From assembly GCA_030141605.1 (NCBI GenBank), contig JAQGDQ010001290.1, positions 1-49,453 of the forward strand: 49,453 nt of DNA, read 5' to 3'. The notes beneath the pieces were generated by a model, which was not told the DNA's origin, searched no databases, and saw only the letters and a program-made list of their open reading frames with translations. The position numbers were made by a program, and so were the translations under genes. Source of the stretch: Tubiluchus corallicola (taxonomy: Eukaryota; Animalia; Priapulida). This document shows, piece by piece, positions 36,901 through 47,625 of this stretch (position 1 is its first letter; each line of letters starts with the position of its first letter).

Positions 36901-39900
36901 ATTTTTCATGTTTGAGGAAGTCTGTGTACCAGAATTCAGATCTCATTCGAGGCCTCCAAAATGTGCTTAAATACAGGAAAATGCGATAGTGGCCGGGGCT
37001 CCACCCTAGCTGCTTGTGTGTCAATTTTTTTAAAATTTTTCTGATGGCGCCCATGAGTCGTTACTGCAGCATACAGAAATTAGAAGGTGGATCTACATTT
37101 TATACTGGCATTGATCAATACTACTGTTAAATGACATTAATCAATACAATCACTCAGTAACTTTTTTCCGGTTATTTGTCACTTCGAGGATTTACACCTC
37201 TCAGGTGCCGTTCAGTCTGATTCAGTCAAGTGCAATTAAACAATTAGCAAAGTAAGAAATGTTGCCATCTGCTGCTTCTCTGACAGCAAAAGGGGAAGCA
37301 CATTTAAGTTGATAAGTGATAACACGTGCATTTCATTCCTTGGCTGGATTGAAAAGTCAACAATTGCAAGGCAGATCAGTTACGGGAAACAAAATTAATA
37401 TAGATTTTCATGAAGCTGCACTTGCTGTTCATATAATTTGCTTTTATGTTGTTCACATAATTAGTTAAGACTGTAAGGGTAATAATATTTAGGCCTATTT
37501 TTCTGTTGTTGTTACCATTGGTGTACTACATATTGGCACACTACGCTACACTAACGACGAATTGACGCACTCCATGCCATGTCATGCGTCGGTGGCTAAA
37601 AAATGTCTGCATCCATAATTTCCAGGTAATTACCAAATCAGTAAACATCCCTAAACAATATTGTTGGCAATAATTGCTAAACAGAAATTTTACAAACGAC
37701 ATAAAAATGAATTAATTTCACTTAACGAGTGAATCAAAAATTAAAAAAACAGTCGATCATCACTTTTGCAGTATTTTAATTTTTGCATCATTGTCATTGG
37801 TCATGATCATGAATAGTGTGGATAGCAAATGTTTTTTTCAGTGAACGAACGATAAAAACTTACATAGTCGTAGTTTTGCCGGCACCATTGTGGCCAAGAA
37901 AGGAGGTGATCTGACCTTCGTACAAATTCAAACTCAGTCGGTTTACAGCTCGTCTGCTTTCATTGCCATAATCCTAAAATTCAAGCCAGCATTCAGAACA
38001 GTAACAATTCCAACACGATATTATCCTTTGAGTTTCTGCAACATATCTGCTGCACTAGTACGGATACGGAACCAAACACAAGCTTGAACATTTTTAAATA
38101 CAAGTTAGACTTTTCTAAGTTTTGATCCCATGTCTTCCAGTCTGTCAAGTAAGTATTCTATCAAAATAGTAGCAAATGTGGCAGATGTTGTCGGATTTGC
38201 AAGAAAGCTACAGTGGCCGCCGCTTATTATGGACAGCCGGTTATTGTGGACAGCCGGTTATTGTGGACAACTCGCGAGGGACGGAATTTTCCCCTAATAA
38301 AATCCGCCGGTTAATATGGACAATCGCCGCTTAATATGGACAGCGAACATTCTTGGCACGTGAACCAGCCGTGCCAACCACGGCCTGCGCGCATGATTGA
38401 AAAGAGCTTCCCGCTCTGCTGCCTGTGTGAGTCATTGCATCAGTCAGTTCGCCGTTTGCCGTGGCCCGTGAAGGTTGGGTGACCTGGTGCAATGCGTTGC
38501 TGCAGCAAAAACCGAAGTTGAAGATTCCGAAGAAGACGACGATGAGGAAGAAGCGGAGCCTGTTCAATAAAACAGGAGACGAGTTGATACAGACAGTTTT
38601 TTGCCTTTTTTAATGAGGGGGAAGGGTCTTCATGGGTCACTTCGCTTAATATGGACAGCCGCTTAATATGGACATACACTGCTGGCCCGAGGTGTCCACA
38701 ATAAGCGGCGGCCACTGTATTTGCAACAATTTGCAAAGTGTAGTTTTTGAATATTCTCTCTACCATAAAGCTAACAGTGGTAGAGAAGATCTCCTTAAAC
38801 GTCTGAGGATTCATCATGGTGAATACACCAGTAAAATGCTCCAGCACCTCTTTCTCTTCTTTTGATCGCACAGTCTCTTGCTGTGCTGTCCTTAGAATAC
38901 TCTGGTCAGTTGCCGTGTAGTTGATACTATAAACACATTATATTGTTCATTATATTGCATGAACACATTAACATGATTACCCACTTGTGGACTTCGACAA
39001 AGTTCACTAATCACTAGTCATTACTCAACAGCACCGCCCATCCAATAAGTCGATTAGTTCACAAACTACGTTAACCAATTACCCAACCAACTGACCGGGC
39101 AGTCAGTTAACTACACAACTAGCCAGCCAGCCATGTAGCAAACAAGCTTATCAGCAAATTATAAACAGCCACACTCATTACTTCATATCAAGGCATTTGA
39201 GTTCAACAGATTCTGGATGTGTAATTCTAAGCTGAGGTGCTAATAGTTACAGCTATGCTCAAAACAAAACTACTACCATGTTGTACCTTAACTAGATTAT
39301 CAATGCAAACACCCAGACGGAGATGTACAGGTTCATCTTCAATAAGAGTAGCATTTGTCGCAGTATTAATAGCAGCTGCCTGGTCTTCTTCCGTTACGGA
39401 TAGAGAAGACGCACAGCACCAAAATTTTTGCCATTCGTCATCATTGTACTGATTGCCAAACCAATATGATGGTGTAAATGGAAAATACCAGGGTTTTGGT
39501 AGCCCGTATGAACCTGAGAATAAAGTCAATGGTTAAGCTGATTGCATACATAGAAGAATGACTCAAGCTAATATGAAATAATGCTGACCAATTTTGAACA
39601 GAAGAAACAATATTATAGCATCTGAGCTATGACTGTGAGGTTTATAATACACAGGTTGAAACCCAGAGTTTTAGAAAAAACATTAAAAAACAGTACTTTT
39701 AGGCACAGAACAGAAACAAATAAATTAATGCAAAAATTAGTATAGAATATGGCTTTTTTTGTGTAATAATGAAGGAATAACAGAAGTGATTCTAATGAAC
39801 GATTCTCAACACAAATTAAATGGAAAAGCAAAAATGTTAACGTAAAGTAAACTCACAAAAGACCTATCTAAACAACAGTTGCAAGATTATGAGATGCAAC

Positions 39901-42900
39901 TATACCTGGATAAACGTGTTCTATATACCACATAAGCATTGCATATATCACGGAATCTACTATCATCATCACCGCCACCTGCTGGAGAGAAAATTCATCA
40001 TCTTCAAGTGGCGACTGTTGAAAGTTTGACCACTGGACACCGACGCCAGCTTCTTCGTAAAATGCGAAGTATTTACCACCCAGCCCAAATGCAGATGTTG
40101 ACATAAGAGACTAAAATAAACATACGAAATTTATTAAAAGTGGCTTCTAATTCACAGCAATATTAACAAAACATAACAATCTTCGAATGCTTACATTAGT
40201 AGTTTATTACATTTTACATTTTTACATTTGTATTAGGAAAACCAATGTGTCAGGAAAATGGTGTATGGCGAAAATGAAAATCCTAGTGTGCAGTGAAAAC
40301 ATAATAAAAATGTAATAAAACGTATTATGCAGAGGGTCGTTTATGAATCGGATGTCGATCCTGTCATAAAGAACTTAAAACTGTAGAACGACGGTGTATT
40401 TTATCTAACATCATTGGACATGTGGTCATTAAACCGCCTGTTAATATTCCCTTATATTAATTGTTAATTGTTATTAGCTGCAAATTAAGAAGAAAATGTC
40501 ACTAAGCAATTTAGTGTTTTGAATCACACAAGTTTATTTTATTATAGGATATTAGTTTCTCTCAATAAATCACTTCCAACTTATACACTGACACAATAAT
40601 TTGTTAGGAGTTGTGTACTTTAGAGTCAGTTTGGTGCTTGTAAACACAATAGAATGATCTGAGTGCTGAATTATTTACATCGGGTAACTTTTTACCACTG
40701 AAGAATGGCATCATGGCTTACGTGACCAATTATGTTACAGAAGGCAAAATCAAAAGTTTTAATTATGTTATAGTAGGCAAAATCAAATGTTTTAAAGAAT
40801 TTTTTAAACCTAACAACAAATCTTCTTATAACACTCTGTTTTGTGCATATGTTTCTAACACACATGAACACATTAAACTTGTAAATGTTAACTAACTCAT
40901 TAATAAGGATTTCTTCTCTAGTTCAGACTCTTAAAGCAAAAGCCAAGTCTCTCGGAAAGTTGAGCTTATTCTAATAGCTGGGAAAAAGCGCCTCGTGTAA
41001 TTAATAATTTCAATTTAGAATCGCTTCACGCTTGGGCACGCTCATTGTGGTGAAAAATGGCACCATCTGATTACAGTGCAATATAAACAGTTATTCTGCC
41101 AAGGGCTTAAGCAATCATTTTTTGACTTATAGAGGGAGGTCTATAAACTAAGTAGCCCACCTGGTACCCACTGTATGCTAGCAAGTTTACATGTGTATCT
41201 GAAAGTCAACAAAAGTATGTAAATTAATTACATTTATGCATTTAATGTATACTATTTACACATTTTACGGTATAATCCTGTGGGTTAAAGCTATGTACCC
41301 ACTTTAAGCTTGGTCATAATTGATCAGAAGACTAATTTTTACACAGTTATATACAACGCTAGAATAACTGGACAACTGAGTGAACTGTAGCAGTTTATCA
41401 ATGCGTATCTTCATCACAGCTTGCCTTCACAGCATTCATGCTGCCCAGCAGTCACCAGCTCACGTCATTTTTTTCAAATATGCCAGCGTGAAATATTTAA
41501 ATTTCATTTTCATTTTTAAGCAAAGCATTCTATGTGCATATCTTGTGCAGTGATTTTAATATTTTTAATTGCATATTAAAATGATATGAATGTTGTTCAA
41601 GGTTCGTTCTTCCTTTAAAGAGAACTTCAACTCACTGCAATGATCTTGATATATCCTGGTAACTGTATATGCGACGATTCTTCTTTGATAGCAATGTACA
41701 TGCACGGTACATAGCTTAAAAAATAGATTATACCAGCACAAGCTGCTGCTAGCTTTGCCTTCGAATACAGAACACTTAGCAAGAATCTAGAAAACAAATG
41801 CTTGTTAGCTGGTGTAGAACAATAAAACACTTTGTATTGGCCAAGCTATAAAAATTTGTAGTCGGGTAAACTATGAGCACTTAAAATTAACATAAAACAT
41901 CTAAGTGCATGCTAATCCAAAGTTGCTTGCTGCTTTATAACTCTGTGTTCTTTATCTTTCAATAACTGAGAAATGTGAAACTTAAAGGAAGACAGGATGA
42001 TTTTTCACATACTATCCCATTTTCAAGTCCGATACGTTTGTATACGTTTTAACACAATTAATACTGCAAAAACATTTCTGATAATTAAATAATAGATTAA
42101 AAATTTAATTAACGGCGGGCGAGCCCAACTATTGATGACATCACAAACTAACATAATTTTCAACAGCAAAAATATTCCATGAGCATGTTGCACGTGTTTG
42201 CGAAAGCAAAAATTGAAAATTCAAATTTCAAAGTTACCGGTGTGCTCACGCAAGAGCTCTCAAACGTGTGTAGTCCATCAGAAACTAACACATCTAAACT
42301 GAGTACCTGTTTTTTGTGCAACGAGTTTCCGAAATGCAGGCACTAGTGCCCGTCTAACTAGTGAACGGCGAAATGCATGTAGCAGCAAAGAACTAGTGGC
42401 GCGAATGCGAAATTGTGTTTGTGTGGTAATATTTCTTAAATCATTTTTGAAAAAATAGTACCCTTTCAACATTTTAAAGAGCAGATTGTTTTGAACTACT
42501 GTTTAAGATTGGGTCCAGTTTTGCTTTAAAAAGACTTAGCTCTGTGTTTAATTTTGTGGCACATAAAAGTGTAATGAATTACCCAGGCTGGAAAAAAGAA
42601 AATCTCCAAAATTAGAGGCAATATAGTTCAACAATTTTTACAAAAATAGCAGTTTTGTAAATACATAACTTAAATAATTTTTGACGCTCAGCTTTTAAAC
42701 CAGGCGATCCCTTAACTTGCTCAGAAATGAATACACACAAATTACTCTTACGAGAAGCAAATAGTCGCGACACCGAAAAGCTCTAAGATAAGAAAGATGA
42801 TGACTGGATTCGAATAAGCCAGCACTTTCCCGTGGCTTAGCATCACAGTAAGTAGCACCATAGTAATTGACATCTGTGAAAACGATGTGATAAACCAGGC

Positions 42901-45900
42901 AACCCAATGTACAGCATTGCTGAGACCCATCATTTTCATCACCTATGTAAAACGTAGAATGTTGTTTTATGCACATTTTTTACATAAAGCAGTAATTATA
43001 TAACGTAAAGGGTATAGATATACATATACGCTTAAACATACAATAAAATATAGTCAGAAGAAGCTGATACGTTTTAACCCTTTCACTATGTTGTTGTTTT
43101 TAAGTGGGCTACATTGACTTTTGCACATTTGATAATAACTTCTTGTGGTGTGTTACTAACAGAACCTTGAAAATAAACAAATAGTGGTTCGTTATTGAGT
43201 ACTAATATTCAATAATAGTTTTATTTCTACACATGTACACACATGTGAGCACACATACATGCACACACACACACGCACGCACACACAATCATAAATAAGC
43301 ATGTACTGTATGTAGTATCGCTCTGTTTTAATTTTCTTTTAATATTTTTTAGGTTTTTAAGCTTTTTTCTTGTTTAATGATAAAACTTTTACTGCCCATG
43401 TACTTGTTTCATAACTGTGAATGTAAATGTATTGCAAATTACTTCATATTGTATTATATGGCTAACATAAGTGCTATGTGCCTGCTGCCATTTTCTTTTA
43501 TAAAAAAATGTATTTTATCAATGTTAGAAAATAAAAAAAAATAAAAATAAACAGCAAGTGTTTTAAAAACAAAACAAAGGTGTTTACCTCTTTTAACCGC
43601 TTCTCTTTCTCGTAGACAATGCTCTGGACAAGCATAGCTACAGAATAAACCCATGAGATGGTGAGACAGAGTGGCATCACATGTTCTATCATGAATAAGA
43701 ACTGATCACTGATGTAGCAAGGGTATGGAAACTGATGAATGTAACTGCCAGGTTCTAAAATATCCCTTTCAGCATGCAAATCTATGACAGACCTTTCTAT
43801 TATGTCCTGCAAAAATATCAATAAGTGTGTGCTTGCAAACCAAAACCGCCCGTCTATAAGTCGGCATAGTTAAAACTACTTTATGATCTTTCAAAGTAGA
43901 ATGCACCAAAAATTTGGTAAAATGTCAATTATTTGTTTTTTACAAAAACAAATGCTAAATATATTGGACCTTTATAGTCTAGCATAAAATTATCAGGAAA
44001 ATACCCAAAAAACACTAAAAATTTCATTTTATATCCCCATACCACCTTTTCTGACTAGAAACTAGTACTGCAATTGTAAAAAACTTATATTTTCAAACAC
44101 CAATGGTAGCTCGTGGAAGCAGTCATTTTGCTTCTGTTTTTTTTTCTGTTCAACAAGACCAGACTTCATCAGGAAGAGCCATCACTTTCGTGTGGTTGCT
44201 AAGTGTTTTGTAGAGACATGACAAAAAACAAAGGCTGACTTTAACAGCAATTTTCTCAAGATTGTTTTCTAGTGCGTAGCCTGCACCTCAACTTCAATGT
44301 GCATTATCTCAGCTCAGAAATAACATACAGCAATGAGCTTGGTATCAAAATGATCCTCATGAAACGGATATTCAACATATGTGAATAACTAGAGAAGGTT
44401 AGTTGCTGACTTATGGACGATTTTGCTATGCAAGCACACATATGACAATGCAATTATTGCAATGAAATCATCTAAAACAATCATAAAGTAAAAAAATATG
44501 GATCTGCGACAGAGTACATGTAGCATTAATAAACTTCGGCTTCAAATTTTCGAAAACTGAAAATGGAACAACAAGTGAAACAGGTTGTCAGTTTCCAGGT
44601 CTCATGATATTTTATTTTTAAACATTGTTTCAAGAATTACGAAATTTGTCAAGATTTATTTATTCCAGTTTAAAGCAAAAAACGCACTTCAGTGTTACAA
44701 CAAATTAATTTAAAATCACGCATACAATAACTCAATATACATAAACATTTAAAGAATCACATATGCAATACACAATCACATATAAGGTCTCGTTTACTAT
44801 AAAACTGGCATACATATAAAAATGCAAATTACAAAAAGATTATACTTAAAACTAATCAAAGTATTTTACTACTGTTATTCTGTTCAAATTTACAACTTAC
44901 GGAAATGTTTATTATCAAATGGAGCAGCAGTTGACGGTATAAAACTATTTTCATACCAATTCATTTCAATCAACAAGTGCATTATCAAAGAATAGTTCTG
45001 TTGATAGGAATTCAGCATCTGTAATGCATAGTCTCTTCTTTTTGTTTTTTCTATGCATTGAGTTAATTGAAAATAATTAGTCTTTAATTGAAAATAGTCT
45101 TACCATTTGAACAACAACTACTGCAGATTATAACACCAACAACACATTGAAAATACTTTAATCTTTTTATTAAAAGTAAATTTAGCATCCAGTCAACAAA
45201 AAAAACGTGTTTTCCTCATTTCTTTTCTTTTTTCTCTGACCTACTCTCGCCTTATCCTTCCACCTTACGTTATATAGTTCTGCTTGCGAATTCATTAGCA
45301 ACAGTATCCCCTGAACTTGGTTCGTTTACAGAAGTTACAATGCACAACAGTGCTTTCGTAAGCAAGCATTTTTCATTTACTGAAGTTACAATGTACAACA
45401 GTGCTTTTGTAAGCAAGCAGTTTCGTTCATCCCTATTTTGTAGCAAGTTTGCTTGCCCAGTCTTTGGTTATTTCGCTTCATTATGAAACAAACAGACGTA
45501 TTCAAAACTTCAAGATTTTTTGAAAAATTAAGAATTTTATCATTTATTTCACCTTTCATTACTCTTGCAGGATGACAAGACACTCCCAACTAAAATACAG
45601 TAGCAACAATGTGAAATAAAACTTTAGAAATACTAGCAATTTTTACCTGAATCCACACGAAACCGAAATAGTAATAGTTGTAACTCCACGACCTTGGTCC
45701 TGGTGACCAGAAAGGGTCACGAACGCTATTAGTATCCCATGTGAAGGAGGCGTTCTGACGGATTTTATATATAACATGATTTGGCAGACTACCATCATCG
45801 TTCATTTGAAAAATTAAACCTACGAATAACCGAAAAAAATCATCTGTGCAAGTTCCAGAAATTAAATCATTTCAGCTGTAATTTAAGCAAACGCTTCTAC

Positions 45901-47588
45901 AAAACACAACTAGAAAACTTAAATTTTCCTATATAATGACCAGCTAACTACAAATAAATGGATGTCTTTAAATAATAAAAAACAAAAAATACGAGTAGCT
46001 AAAACAATTTTATCTCTACTGATATAGTGGTTGCCATTGCAGATGATATAAGTAGTTTGCCTTGTAAAATACGTATGACTTTATATTACAGTTTGTTTTA
46101 AATATCTAATTACATATGCTCTTACAATCATGCCAGAATTCTTGAAATTTCATACAGCTACTAATAGATAAATTACTATTCAACATAGCGCAATCTATTA
46201 TCTTTCTTCCTACCATTTCCTCTAACACATCCTTCTACCCTGCCTGTGTGATCTAACCTTTCTCCCGTTCTTTTTTTGTTCACTCATCCATTCTTTCTTT
46301 ATCGGGTTCACATGACAGTGGGCTTATACAAGCCTTTGCTTCTCTAGCCCACTGCAGTACAATTATTCTTTTATGATAACGATAGTGTATGAAGCATAAG
46401 AATTTAATACAGTAGATGTAATAATTTTGATGTAACTGTGTGCTTAATAATCATTCATTATATTGTACTGAATATGATAATAATAATAAATAAATAAGAA
46501 AACTATTCTGCTGTCAGAAGGATTTGATTAAACCATACACAAGCATATAAACTTACTAGCAAAGACAGTAACATTGTCAAAATATGCTTGCTGAGTAACA
46601 TACTCAACAAGGTCGTCTTCATCTTTAAATCCTTGGAAAACATCGAAACTCAAACCTTCCGTAATGGATATCCAGCTACAGGCTGCACTATCTGTAAGTT
46701 GAATATTGTATTTATTCATTATCCATTATCCATTATACTCTGTCTATAAACTTATAACTTTAAATCAGTAAAAGCTGCTGCTGGCTTTGCGTTATAAATG
46801 AGGACTATGTAAGATGTTCGTGTATTATTGATTATAAGTGTATTTATACACAAATTTCTTGCGGCCCTTTCCTAGTCTCTATATAGAGATATATGGCCAA
46901 CAGGGCCGTTCAAAACAGTAATAAACATTTCATACAATAAATTACATGCACGTTCGGATAAATTTGCCACTGCACATTGTATTACAGTGTGTTTTGTGGT
47001 TGCATCAAACAAAACCGTTTTTCATTTTCAGAAAAAGTATTAAAATTAGGAACATACTGAAAAACTGTGTTCAACATAACATTACGTGCAATGTTATGTT
47101 TTGAGCAGTACAATAAAAAATGGCAATCATCTTCAACAACACACTGCAGACACCACAAACTCCATTTTCATGTGGAATAGGTGGTCTTACATATCTACCA
47201 GGTTATCTACCAATGCCAAATGATGAGCACTAGTTATAAATTTTGTCAAAGCCTTTCTGTAAGTTGAATATTGTATTACAAGAGTCCGTCAATGTTTTTA
47301 CTAGGATGACATTTGGTAGAGTGTATACCTCTGCCAAAGCCAGCAGAGCAGCAAGTTTACTAAACTAAACAGCCACATAGGTTAAGATATCACCAATTAT
47401 TGTTTAAATCATAGCAGTTATATAAACTATAATGGTTAATAATACATAGCATATTAACACACGCCCACACACACACACGCACACACACACACCCGCACAC
47501 ATACGCCTGCACACACATGCCTGCACACACATGCCCGCACAAGCACGCGCATGCTCACACACACACACGCACACGAACACGCACACGC

Positions 47589-47625
<37 letters not shown>

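Noticed and set aside
37985-38060. Short peptide [18 protein letters not shown] after the TRRAP fragment as a second captured gene piece
   Set aside because: Too short and interrupted by a stop to assign without a search.
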